Shown here in pieces: positions 11,620 through 23,400 of a stretch of 64,000 bases of DNA (position 1 is the stretch's first letter; every line of letters begins with the position of its first letter). Position numbers and translations under genes: made by a program. Source of the DNA: Eledone cirrhosa (lineage: Eukaryota); contig OZ024743.1 in NCBI GenBank assembly GCA_964016885.1, positions 138,136,001-138,200,000 of the forward strand, given 5' to 3'. A model generated the notes under the pieces. It did no database searches and was not told the origin of the DNA. It worked only from the letters and a program-made list of their open reading frames with translations.

Positions 11620-14450
11620 TGGTGCTTGTGGTTTGGTGTTTGGTGCTTGGTGCTTGGTGTTTGGTGCTTGGTGCTTGGTGTTTGGTGCTTGGTGTTTCGT
11701 TTTTGCTGTTTGGTGTTTGGTGTTTGGTGTTTGCTGTTTGCTGTTTGCTGTTTGGTGTCTGCTTTTTGGTGTTTGGTGTTTGCTGTATGGTGTTTGGTGT
11801 TTGGTGTTTGGTGTTTCCTGTTTGGTCTTTAGTCTTTGGTGCTTGGTGTTTGGTGCTTGGTGCTTGGTGCTTGGTGTTTGGTGCTTGGTGCTTGGTGCTT
11901 GTTGTTTGGTGATTGGTGCTTGGTGTTTGGTGTTTGGTGCTTGGGGCTTGGTGTTTGGTGCTGCGTGCTTGGTGCTTGGTGCTTGGTGCTTGGTGCTTGG
12001 TGTTTTGTGTTTGGTGTTTGATGCTTGGTGTTTGGTGTTTGGTGTTTGGTGCTTGGTGCTTGGTGTTTGGTGTTTGATGCTTGGTGCTTGATGCTTGGTG
12101 CTTGGTGCTTGGTGTTTGGTGCTTGGTGCTTGGTGTTTGTACTTGGTGCTTGGTGCTTGGTGTTTGGTGCTTGGTGTTTGGTGCTTGGTGTTTGGTGTTT
12201 GCTCTTTGCTGTTTGGTGTTTGGTGTTTGCTGTTTCGTGTTTGGTGTTTGGTGTTTGCTGTTTGGTGTTTGCTGTTTGGTGCTTGGTGTTTGGTGCTTGG
12301 TGCTTGGTGTTTGGTGTTTGGTGTTTGGTTCTTGGTGCTTGGGGCTTGGTGTATGGTGCTTGGTGCTTGGTGCTTGGTGCTTGGTGTTTGGTGTTTGGTG
12401 CTTGGTGTTTGGTGCTTGGTGCTTGGTGCTGGGTGTTTGGTGCTTGGTGCTTGGTGTTTGGTGCATGGTGCTTTGTTTTTGGTGTTTGTCGCTTGGTGCT
12501 TGGTGCTTGGTGTATGGTGCTTGGTGTTTGGTGTTTGGTGCTTGGTGCTTGGTGTTTGGTGTTTGGTGCTTGGTGTTTGGTGTTTGGTGCTTGGTGCTTG
12601 GTGTTTGTTGCTCGGTACTTGGTGCATGGTGTTTGGTGCTGGGTGCTTGGTGTTTGGTGCTTGGTGTTTGGTGCTTGGTGTTTGGTGCTTGGTGCTTCGT
12701 GCTTGGGGCTTGGTGTTTGGTGCTAGGTGCTTGGTGCTTGGTGTTTGCTGCTTGGTGTTTGGTGCTTGGTACTTGGGGCTTGGTGTTTGGTGCTTGGTGC
12801 TTGGGGTTTGGTGCTTGGTGCTTGGTGTTTGGTGTTTGGTGCTTGGTGCTTGGTGCTTGGTGCTGGGAGGTTGGTGTTTGGTGCTTGGTGCTTGGTATTT
12901 GGTGCTTGGTGCTTGGTGCTTGGTGTTTGGTGCTTGGTGCTTGGTGCTTGGTTTTGGTGCTTGGTGTTTGGTGTTTGGTGCTTGGTGCTTGGTGTTTGGT
13001 GCTTGGTGCTTGGTGATTAGTGTTTGGTGCTTGGTGCTTGTGGTTTGGTGTTTGGTGCTTGGTGCTTGGTGTTTGGTGCTTGGTGCTTGGTGTTTGGTGC
13101 TTGGTGTTTCGTTTTTGCTGTTTGGTGTTTGGTGTTTGTTGTTTGGTGTTTGCTGTTTGTTGTTTGGTGTCTGCTTTTTGGTGTTTGGTGTTTGCTGTAT
13201 GGTGTTTGGTGTTTGGTGTTTGGTGTTTCCTGTTTGGTCTTTAGTCTTTGGTGCTTGGTGTTTGGTGCTTGGTGCTTGGTGCTTGGTGTTTGGTGCTTGG
13301 TGCTTGGTGCTTGTTGTTTGGTGATTGGTGCTTGGTGTTTGGTGTTTGGTGCTTGGGGCTTGGTGTTTGGTGCTGCGTGCTTGGTGCTTGGTGCTTGGTG
13401 CTTGGTGCTTGGTGTTTTGTGTTTGGTGTTTGATGCTTGGTGTTTGGTGTTTGGTGTTTGGTGCTTGGTGCTTGGTGTTTGGTGTTTGATGCTTGGTGCT
13501 TTATGCTTGGTGCTTGGTGCTTGGTGTTTGGTGCTTGGTGCTTGGTGTTTGTACTTGGTGCTTGGTGCTTGGTGTTTGGTGCTTGGTGTTTGGTGCTTGG
13601 TGTTTGGTGTTTGCTCTTTGCTGTTTGGTGTTTGGTGTTTGCTGTTTCGTGTTTGGTGTTTGGTGTTTGCTGTTTGGTGTTTGCTGTTTGGTGCTTGGTG
13701 TTTGGTGCTTGGTGCTTGGTGTTTGGTGTTTGGTGTTTGGTTCTTGGTGCTTGGGGCTTGGTGTTTGGTGCTTGGTGCTTGGTGCTTGGTGCTTGGTGTT
13801 TGGTGTTTGGTGCTTGGTGTTTTGTGCTTGGTGCTTGGTGCTGGGTGTTTGGTGCTTGGTGATTGGTGTTTGGTGCATGGTGCTTTGTTTTTGGTGTTTG
13901 TCGCTTGGTGCTTGGTGCTTGGTGTATGGTGCTTGGTGTTTGGTGTTTGGTGCTTGGTGCTTGGTGTTTGGTGTTTGGTGCTTGGTGTTTGGTGTTTGGT
14001 GCTTGGTGCTTGGTGTTTGTTGCTCGGTACTTGGTGCATGGTGTTTGGTGCTGGGTGCTTGGTGTTTGGTGCTTGGTGTTTGGTGCTTGGTGTTTGGTGT
14101 TTGGTGCTTCGTGCTTGGGGCTTGGTGTTTGGTGCTAGGTGCTTGGTGCTTGGTGTTTGCTGCTTGGTGTTTGGTGCTTGGTACTTGGGGCTTGGTGTTT
14201 GGTGCTTGGTGCTTGGGGTTTGGTGCTTGGTGCTTGGTGTTCGGTGTTTGGTGCTTGGTGCTTGGTGCTTCGTGCTGGGAGGTTGGTGTTTGGTGCTTGG
14301 TGCTTGGTATTTGGTGCTTGGTGCTTGGTGCTTGGTGTTTGGTGCTTGGTGCTTGGTGCTTGGTCTTTGGTGCTTGGTGTTTGGTGTTTGGTGCTTGGTG
14401 CTTGGTGTTTGGTGCTTGGTGCTTGGTGATTAGTGTTTGGTGCTTGGTGC
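11620..14450 (+). repeat. Tandem duplication, period 1412 bp
   Basis: TTGTAC at 12137 and 13549; shared rare strings TTTGTTTTTGGTGTTTGTCGC, TCGGTAC and TGGGAGG. Matching ORF pairs are 11836/13248, 12025/13437 and 12727/14139. Confidence 0.9.
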
Positions 14451-15399
14451 TGGTGGTTTGGTGTTTGGTGCTTGGTGCTTGGTGCTTGGTGCTTGGTGCT
14501 TGGTGTTTGGTGCTTGGTGTTTGCTGTTTGCTGTTTGGTGTCTGCTTTTTGGTGTTTGGTGTTTGGTGTTTGGTGTTTCCTGTTTGGTCTTTAGTGTTTG
14601 GTGCTTGGTGTTTGGTGCTTGGTGCTTGGTGTTTGGTGTCTGGTTCTTGGTGCTTGGTGTTTGGTGCTTGGTGCTTGGTGCTTGTTGTTTGGTGATTGGT
14701 GTTGGTGCTTGGTGTTTGGTGTTTGGTGCTTGGGGCTTGGTGCTTGGTGCTGCGTGCTTGGTGCTTGGTGCTTGGTGCTTGGTGTTTTGTGTTTGGTGTT
14801 TGATGCTTGGTGTTTGGTGTTTGGTGTTTGGTGCTTGGTGTTTGGTGTTTGGTGTTTGGTGCTTGGTGCTTGGTGTTTGATGCTTGGTGCTTGATGCTTG
14901 GTGCTTGGTGTTTGGTGCTTGGTGTTTGTACTTGGTGCTTGGTGCTTGGTGTTTGGTGCTTGGTGTTTGGTGCTTGCTGTTTGGTGTTTGCTGTTTGCTG
15001 TTTGCTGTTTGCTGTTTGGTGTTTGCTGTTTGGTGTTTGCTGTTTGGTGTTTGGTGCTTGCTGTTGGGTGCTTGGTGTTTGGTGCTTGGTGCTTACTGTT
15101 TGGTGTTTGGTGTTTGGTGCTTGGTGCTTGGGGCTTGGTGTTTGGTGCTTGGTGCTTGGTGCTTGGTGTTTGGTGTTTGGTGCTTGGTGTTTGGTGCTTG
15201 GTGCTGGGTGTTTGGTGCTTGGTGTTTGGTTCATGGTGCTTGGTGCTTGGTGTTTGTCGCTTGGTGCTTGGTGCTTGGTGTTTGGTGCTTGGTATTTGGT
15301 GATTGGTGCTTGGTGTTTGGTGTTTGGTGCTTCGTGCTTGGTGTTTGGTGTTTGGTGCTTGGTGTTTGGTGTTTGATGCTGGGTGCTTGGTGTTTGGTG

Positions 15400-18300
15400 C
15401 TTGGAGTTTGGTGCTTGGTGCTTGGTGTTTGGTGTTTGGTGTTTGATGCTTGGTGTTTGATGCTTGGTGCTTGGTGCTTGGTGTTTGGTGCTTGGTGTTT
15501 GTACTTGGTGTTTGGTGCTTGGTGTTTTGTGCTTGGTTCTTGGTGTTTGGTGTTTGGTGCTTGGTGCTTGGTGCTTGGTGTTAGGTGTTTGGTGCTTGGT
15601 GCTTGGTGTTTGGTGTTTGTTCCTTGGTGCTTGGTGTTTAGTGCTTGGTGCTTGGTGTTTGTTGTTTGGTGTTTTCTGCTTGCTGCTTGGTGTTTGGTGC
15701 TTGGTGCTTGGTGCTTGGTGTTTGAATTTGGTGCTAGGTGCTTGGTGTTTGGTGTTTGGTGTTTGGTGTTTGATGCTTGGTGTTTGGTGCTTGGTGTTTG
15801 GTGTTTGGTGTTTGGTATTTGGTGCTTGGTGCTTGGGGCTTGGTGTTTGGTGCTTGGTGCTTGGTGCTGGGTGGTTGGTATTTGGTGCTTGGTGCTTGGT
15901 GTTTGGTGCTTGGTGCTTGGTGCTTGGTGTTTGGTGCTTGGTGCTTGGTGCTTGGTCTTTGGTGCTTGGTGTTTGGTGCTTGGTGCTTGGTGCTTGGTGT
16001 TTGGTGCTTGGTGATTAGTGTTTGGTGCTTGGTGCTTGGGGTTTGGTGTTTGGTGCTTGGTACTTGGTGTTTGGTGCTTGGTGTTTGGTGTTTGCTGTTT
16101 GGTGTTTGGTGTTTGGTGTATGCTGTTTGGTGTCTGCTTTTTGGTGTTTGGTGTTTGCTGTATGGTGTTTGCTGTTTGGTGTTTGGTGTTTGCTGTTTTG
16201 TGTTTGGTGTTTGCTGTTTGGCCTTTGGTCTTTGGTGCTTGGTGTTTGGTGCTTGGTGCTTGGTGTTTGGTGTTTGGTGCTTGGTGTTTGGTGTTTGGTG
16301 CTTGGTGCTTGGTGTTTGGTGTTTGGTGTTTGGTGTTCGGTGCTTGGTGTTTGGTGTTTGGTGTTTGGTGCTTGGTGCTTGGTGTTTGGTGTTTCGTGTT
16401 TGGTGTTTGGTGCTTGTTGCTTGGTGCTTGGTGCTTGGTGTTTGGTGCTTGGTGCTTGGTGTTTGGTGCTTGGTGCTTGGTGTTTGGTGTTTGGTGCTTG
16501 GTGCTTGGTGTTTGGTGTTTGGTGTTATATGCTTGGTGCTTGGTGCTTGGTGTTTGGTGCTTGGTGCTTGGTGTGTGGTGCTTGTTGCTTGGTACTTGGT
16601 GCTTGGTGTTTGGTGCTTGGTGCTTGGTGTTTGGTGCTTGGTGCTTGGTGCTTGGTGTTTGGTGCTTGGTGCTTGGTGCTTGGTGTTTGGTGCTTGGTGT
16701 TTGGTGTTTGGTGTTTGGTGCTTGGTGCTTGGTGTTTGGTGCTTGGTGCTTGGTGTTTGGTGTTTCGTGTTTCGTGTTTGGTGCTTGTTGCTTGGTGCTT
16801 GGTGCTTGGTGCTTGGTGCTTGGTCCTTGGTGTTTGGTGTTTGGTGCTTGGTGCTTGGTGTTTGGTGTTTGGTGTTATATGCTTGGTGTTTGATGCTTGG
16901 TGCTTGGTGCTTGGTGTTTGGTGCTTGGTGCTTGGTGTTTGTACTTGGTGCTTGGTGCTTGGTTCTTGGTGTTTGGTGCTTGGTGCTTGGTGATTGGTGC
17001 TTGGTGTTTGGTGCTTGGTGTTTGGTGCTTAGTGTTTGGTGCTTGGTGCCTGGTGCTTGGTTCTTGGTGCTTGGTGTTTGGTGCTTGGTGTTTGGTGCTT
17101 GGTGTTAGGTGTTTGGTGCTTGGTGCTTGGTGTTTGGTGCTTGGTGTTTGGTGCTTGGTGCTTGGTGTTTGGTGTCTGGTGCTTGGTGTTTGGTGCTTGG
17201 TACTTGGTGCTTGGTGCTTGGTGTTAGGTGTTTGGTGCTTGGTGCTTGGTGTTTGGTCTTTGGTGCTTGCTGCTGGCTGCTTGGTGTTTGGTGCTTGGTG
17301 ATTGGTGCTTGGTGTTTGGTGCTTGGTGTTTGGTGTTTGGTACTAGGTGCTTGGTGCTTGGTGTTTGGTGCTTGGTGCTTGGTGTCTGGTGTTTGGTGTT
17401 TGGTGCTTGGTGCTTGGTGTTTGGTGCTTGGTCTTTGGTGCTTGGTGTTTGGAGCTTGGTGCTTGGTGTTTGGTGCTTAGTGCTTGGTGATTAGTGTTTG
17501 GTGCTTGGTGCTTGTGGTTTGGTGTTTGGTGCTTGGTGCTTGGTGTTTGGTGCTTGGTGCTTGGTGTTTGGTGCTTGGTGTTTGGTTTTTGCTGTTTGCT
17601 GTTTGGTGTTTGGTGTTTGCTGTTTACTGTTTGGTGTCTGCTTTTTGGTGTTTGGTGTTTGCTGTATGGTGTTTGCTGTTTCGTGTTTATTGTTTGCTGT
17701 TTGGTGTTTGGTGTTTGGTGTTTCCTGTTTGGTCTTTAGTCTTTGGTGCTTGGTGTTTGGTGCTTGGTGCTTGGTGTTTGGTGCTTGGTGGTTGGTGCTT
17801 GTTGTTTGGTGATTGGTGCTTGGTGTTTGGTGGTTGGTGCTTGGGGCTTGGTGTTTGGTGCTGCGTGCTTGGTGCTTGGTGCTTGGTGCTTGGTGTTTTG
17901 TGTTTGGTGTTTGATGCTTGGTGTTTGGTGTTTGGTGTTTGGTGCTTGGTGCTTGGTGTTTGGTGTTTGATGCTTGGTGCTTGATGCTTGGTGCTTGGTG
18001 CTTGGTGTTTGGTGCTTGGTGCTTGGTGATTGTACTTGGTGCTTGGTGCTTGGTGTTTGGTGCTTGGTGTTTGGTGCTTGGTGTTTGGTGTTTGCTCTTT
18101 GCTGTTTGGTGTTTGGTGTTTGCTGTTTGGTGTTTGGTGTTTGGTGTTTGCTGTTTGGTGTTTGTTGTTTGGTGCTTGGTGTTTGGTGCTTGGTGCTTGG
18201 TGTTTGGTGTTTGGTGTTTGGTGCTTGGTGCTTGGGGTTTGGTGTTTGGTGCTTGGTGCTTGGTGCTTGGTGTTTGGTGTTTGGTGCTTGGTGTTTGTTG

Positions 18301-21300
18301 CTTGGTGCTTGGTGCTGGGTGTTTGGTGCTTGGTGCTTGGTGTTTGGTGCATGGTGCTTGGTTTTTGGTGTTTGTCGCTTGATGCTTGGTGCTTGGTGTT
18401 TGGTGCTTGGTGTTTGGTGTTTGGTGCTTGGTGCTTGGTGTTTGGTGTTTGGTGCTTGATGTTTGGTGTTTGGTGTTGGTGCTTGGTGTTTGTTGCTTGG
18501 TACTTGGTGCATGGTGTTTGATGCTTGGTGTTTGATGCTTGGTGCTTGGTGTTTGGTGCTTGGTGTTTGTACTTGGTGCTTGGTGCTTGGTGTTTTGTGC
18601 TTGGTTCTTGGTGTTTGGTGTTTGGCGCCTTGGTGCTTGGTGTTAGGTGTTTGGTGCTTGGTGCTTGGTGTTTAGTGTTTGGTCCTTGGTGCTTGGTGTT
18701 TAGTGCTTGGTGCTTGGTGTTTTTTGTTTGGTGCTTTCTGCTTGCTGCTTGGTGTTTGGTGCTTGGTGATTGGTGCTTGGTGTTTGGTGCTTGGTGCTTG
18801 GTGTTTGGTGTTTGGTGCTAGGTGCTTGGTGTTTGGTGTTTGGTGTTTGGTGCTTGGTGTTTGGTGCTTGGTACTTGGGGCTTGGTGTTTGGTGCTTGGT
18901 GCTTGGTGTTTGGTGTTTGGTGCTTGGGGCTTGGTGTTTGGTGTTTAGTGCTTGGTGCTTGGTGTTTGTTGTTTGGTGTTTTCTGCTTGCTGCTTGGTGT
19001 TTGGCGCTTGGTGTTTGGTGCTAGGTGCTTGGTGTTTGGTGTTTGGTGTTTGGTGTTTGATGCTTGGTGTTTGGTGCTTGGTGTTTGGTGTTTGGTGCTT
19101 GGTGCTTGGGGCTTGGTGTTTGGTGCTTGGTGCTTGGTGCTTGGTGCTTGGTGTTTGCTGCTTGGTGTTTGGTGTTTGGTCTTTGGTGCTTGGTGCTTGG
19201 TGTTTGGTGCTTGGTGCTTGGTGCTGGGTGGTTGGTATTTGGTGCTTGGTGCTTGGTGTTTGGTGCTTGGTGCTTGGTGCTTGGTGTTTAGTGCTTGGTG
19301 CTTGGTGCTTGGTCTTTGGTGCTTGGTGTTTGGTGCTTGGTGCTTGGTGCTTGGTGTTTGTTGCTTGGTGTTTAGTGTTTGGTGCTTGGTGCTTGGGGTT
19401 TGGTGTTTGGTGCTTGGTTCTTGGTGTTTGGTGCTTGGTGTTTGGTGTTTGGTGTTTGGAGTTTGGTGTATGCTGTTTGGTGTCTGCTTTTTGGTGTTTG
19501 GTGTTTGCTGTATGGTGTTTGCTGTTTGGTGTTTGGTGTTTGCTGTTTTGTGTTTGGTGTTTGCTGTTTGGTCTTTGGTGCTTGGTGTTTGGTGCTTGGT
19601 GCTTGGTGTTTGGTGTTTGGTGCTTGGTGTTTGGTGTTTGGTGCATGGTGCTTGGTGCTTGGTGTTTGGTGTTTGGTGCTTGGTGTCTGGTGCTTGGTGT
19701 TTGGTGTTTGGTGTTTGGTGTTTGGTGTTTGGTGTTTGGTGTTTGGTGCTTGGTGCTTGGTGTTTGGTGTTTCGTGTTTGGTGTTTGGTGCTTGTTGCTT
19801 GGTGGTTGGTGCTTGGTGTTTGGTGCTTGGTGCTTGGTGTTTGGTGCTGGGTGCGTGGTGTTTGGTGCTTGGTGCTTGGTGCTTGGTGTTTGGTGTTTGG
19901 TGCTTGGTGCTTGGTGTTTGGTGTTTGGTGTTATATGCTTGGTGTTTGATGCTTGGTGCTTGGTGCTTGGTGTTTGGTGCTTGGTGCTTGGTGTTTGGTG
20001 CTGGGTGCGTGGTGTTTGGTGCTTGGTGTTTGGTGCTTGGTGCTTGGTGTTTGGTGCTTGGTGTTTGGTGCTTGGTGTTTGGTGCTTGGTGCCTGGTGCT
20101 TGGTGCTTGGTGCTTGGTGTTTGGTGCTTGGTGTTTCGTGCTTGGTGTTAGGTGTTTGGTGCTTGGTGCTTGGTGTTTGGTGCTTGGTGTTTGGTGCTTG
20201 GTGCTTGGTGTTTGGTGTTTGGTGCTTGGTGTTTGGTGCTTGGTACTTGGTGCTTGGTGCTTGGTGTTAGGTGTCTGGTGCTTGGTACTTGGTGTTTGGT
20301 TTTTGGTGCTTGGTGCTTGGTGTTTGGTGTTTGGTGCTTGCTGCTGGCTGCTTGGTGTTTGGTGCTTGGTGATTGGTGCTTGGTGTTTGGTGCTTGGTGT
20401 TTGGTGTTTGGTACTAGGTGCTTGGTGCTTGGTGTTTGGTGCTTGGTGCTTGGTGTCTGGTGTTTGGTGTTTGGTGCTTGGTGCTTGGTGTTTGGTGCTT
20501 GGTCTTTGGTGCTTGGTGTTTGGTGCTTGGTGCTTGGTGTTTGGTGCTTGGTGCTTGGTGATTAGTGTTTGGTGCTTGGTGCTTGGTGTTTGGTGCTTGG
20601 TGTTTGGTTTTTGCTGTTTGCTGTTTGGTGTTTGGTGTTTGGTGTTTGCTGTTTGCTGTTTGGTATCTGCTTTTTGGTGTTTGGTGTTTGCTGTATGGTG
20701 TTTGCTGTTTCGTGTTTATTGTTTGCTGTTTGGTGTTTGGTGTTTGGTGTTTCCTGTTTGGTCTTTAGTCTTTGGTGCTTGGTGTTTGGTGCTTGTTGCT
20801 TGGTGTTTGGTGCTTGGTGGTTGGTGCTTGTTGTTCGGTGATTGGTGCTTGGTGTTTGGTGGTTGGTGCTTGGGGCTTGGTGTTTGGTGCTGCGTGCTTG
20901 GTGCTTGGTGCTTGGTGTTTTGTGTTTGGTGTTTGGTGCTTGGTGCTTGGTGTTTGGTGTTTGATGCTTGGTGCTTGATGCTTGGTGCTTGGTGCTTGGT
21001 GTTTGGTGCTTGGTGCTTGGTGATTGTACTTGGTGCTTGGTGCTTGGTGTTTGGTGCTTGGTGTTTGGTGCTTGGTGTTTGGTGTTTGCTCTTTGCTGTA
21101 TGGTGTTTGGTGTTTGCTGCTTGGTGTTTGGTGTTTTGTGTCTGCTGTTTGGTGTTTGCTGTTTGGTGCTTGGTGTTTGGTGTTTGGTGCTTGGTACTTG
21201 GGGCTTGGTGTTTGGTGCTTGTTGCTTGGTGCTTGGTGTTTGGTGTTTGGTGCTTGGTGTTTGGTGCTTGGTGCTTGGTGCTTGGTGTTTGGTGCTTGGT

Positions 21301-23400
21301 GTTTGGTGTTTTGTGCTTGGTGCTTGGCGTTTGGTGTTTGGTGCTTGATGTTTGGTGTTTGGTGCTTGGTGCTTGGTGTTTGTTGCTTGGTACTTGGTGC
21401 ATGGTGTTTGATGCTTGGTGTTTGATGCTTGCTGCTTGGTGTTTGGTGCTTGGTGTTTGTACTTGGTGCTTGGTGCTTGGTGTTTTGTGCTTGGTTCTTG
21501 GTGTTTGGTGTTTGGCGCTTGGTGCTTGGTGTTAGGTGTTTGGTGCTTGGTGCTTGGTGTTTGGTGTTTGGTCCTTGGTGCTTGGTGTTTAGTGCTTGGT
21601 GCTTGGTGTTTGTTGTTTGGTGCTTTCTGCTTGCTGCTTGGTGTTTGGTGCTTGGTGATTGGTGCTTGGTGTTTGGTGCTTGGTGCTTGGTGTTTGGTGT
21701 TTGGTGCTAGGTGCTTGGTGCTTGGTGTCTGGTGTTTGGTGCTTGGTGTTTGGTGTTTGGTGCTTCGTGCTTGGGGCTTGGTGTTTGGTGCTAGGTGCTT
21801 GGTGCTTGGTGCTTGGTGTTTGGTGCTTGGTGTTTGGTGCTTGGTACTTGGGGCTTGGTGTTTGGTGCTTAGTGCTTGGTGTTTGGTGCTTGGTGCTTGG
21901 TGTTTGGTGTTTGGTGCTTGGTGCTTGGTGTTTGGTGCTTGGTGCTTGGTGCTGGGTGGTTGGTATTTGGTGCTTGGTGCTTGGTGTTTGGTGCTTGGTG
22001 CTTGGTGCTTGGTGTTTGGTGCTTGGTGCTTGGTGCTTGGTCTTTGGTGCTTGGTGTTTGGTGCTTGGTGCTTGGTGCTTGGTGTTTGGTGCTTGATGAT
22101 TAGTGTTTGGTGCTTGGTGCTTGGGGTTTGGTGTTTGGTGCTTGGTACTTGGTGTTTGGTGCTTGGTGTTTGGTGTTTGCTGTTTCGTGTTTGGTGTTTG
22201 GTGTTTGCTGTTTGCTTTTTGGTGTTTGGTGTTTGCTGTATGGTGTTTGCTGTTTGGTGTTTGGTATTTGCTGTTTGGTGTTTGGTGTTTGCTGTTTGGT
22301 GCTTGGTGCTTGGTGTTTGGTGTTTGGTGCTTGGTGCTTGGTGTTTGGTGTTTGTTGCTTGGTGCTTGTTGCTTGGTGTTTGGTGTTTGGTGTTTGGTGC
22401 TTGGTGTCTGGTGCTTGGTGTTTGGTGTTTGGTGTTTGGTGCTTGGTGTTTGGTGCTTGGTGTCTGGTGCTTGGTGTTTGGTGTTTGGTGTTTGGTGCTT
22501 GGTGTTTGGTGTTTGGTGTTTGGTCCTTGGTGCTTGGTGTTTAGTGCTTGGTGCTTGGTGTTTGGTGTTTGGTGCTTGTTGCTTGGTGCTTGGTGCTTGG
22601 TGTTTGGTGCTTGGTGCTTGGTGTTTGGTGCTGGGTGCTTGGTGTTTGGTGCTTGGTGCTTGGTGCTTGGTGTTTGGTGTTTGGTGCTTGGTGCTTTGTG
22701 TTTGGTGTTTGGTGTTATATGCTTGGTGTTTGATGCTTGGTGCTTGGTGCTTGGTATTTGGTGTTTGGTGTTTGGTGCTTGGTGTTTGATGCTTGGTGCT
22801 TGGTCCTTGGTGTTTGGTGCTTGGTGCTTGGTGTTTGTACTTGGTGCTTGGTGCTTGGTTCTTGGTGCTTGGTGCTTGGTGCTTGGTGCTTTGTGCTTGG
22901 TGTTTGGTGCTTGGTGTTTGGTGCTTGGTGTTTGGTGCTTGGTGCCTGGTGCTTGGTGCTTGGTGCTTGGTGTTTGGGGCTTGGTGTTTGCGGCTTGGTG
23001 TTAGGTGTTTGGTGCTTGGTGCTTGGTGTTTGGTGTTTGGTGCTTGGTGTTTGGTGCTTGGTGCTTGGTGTTTGGTGTTTGGTGCTTGGTGTTTGGTGCT
23101 TGGTACTTGGTGCTTGGTGCTTGGTGTTAGGTGTTTGGTGCTTGGTGCTTGGTGTTTGGTTTTTGGTGCTTGTTGCTTGGTGTTTGGTGTTTGGTGCTTG
23201 CTGCTGGCTGCTTGGTGTTTGGTGCTTGGTGATTGGTGCTTGGTGTTTGGTGCTTGGTGTTTGGTGTTAGGTACTAGGTGCTTGGTGATTGGTGTTTGGC
23301 GCTTGGTGCTTGGTGTTTGGTGTTTGGTGTTTGGTGCTTGATGCTTGGTGCTTGGTGCTGGGTGGTTGGTGTTTGGTGCTTGGTGATTAGTGTTTGGTGC
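15400..23400 (+). repeat. Older, diverged higher-order repeat, period ~2.9-3.1 kb, about 2.5-3 copies
   Basis: Equivalent landmarks: TTGTAC at 15499/18567/21457; GATTGTAC at 18030/21024; GTTATATGC at ~16875/~19930/~22714; TTGCTGCTGGCTGC at ~17267/~20338/~23198. Copies differ by many unit indels and SNPs. Confidence 0.8.

Noticed and set aside
8219-12466. 1415-aa minus-strand ORF of TKHQ(A/T)P(S/N) heptads, and similar ORFs at 5513-8032, 43510-46371 and 54932-58012
   Set aside because: The minus strand is T-poor, so stops are intrinsically rare. Overlapping ORFs exist in the other frames, and ATGs come from sporadic variant units. A coding repeat would be expected to have a period divisible by 3 and non-repetitive termini.
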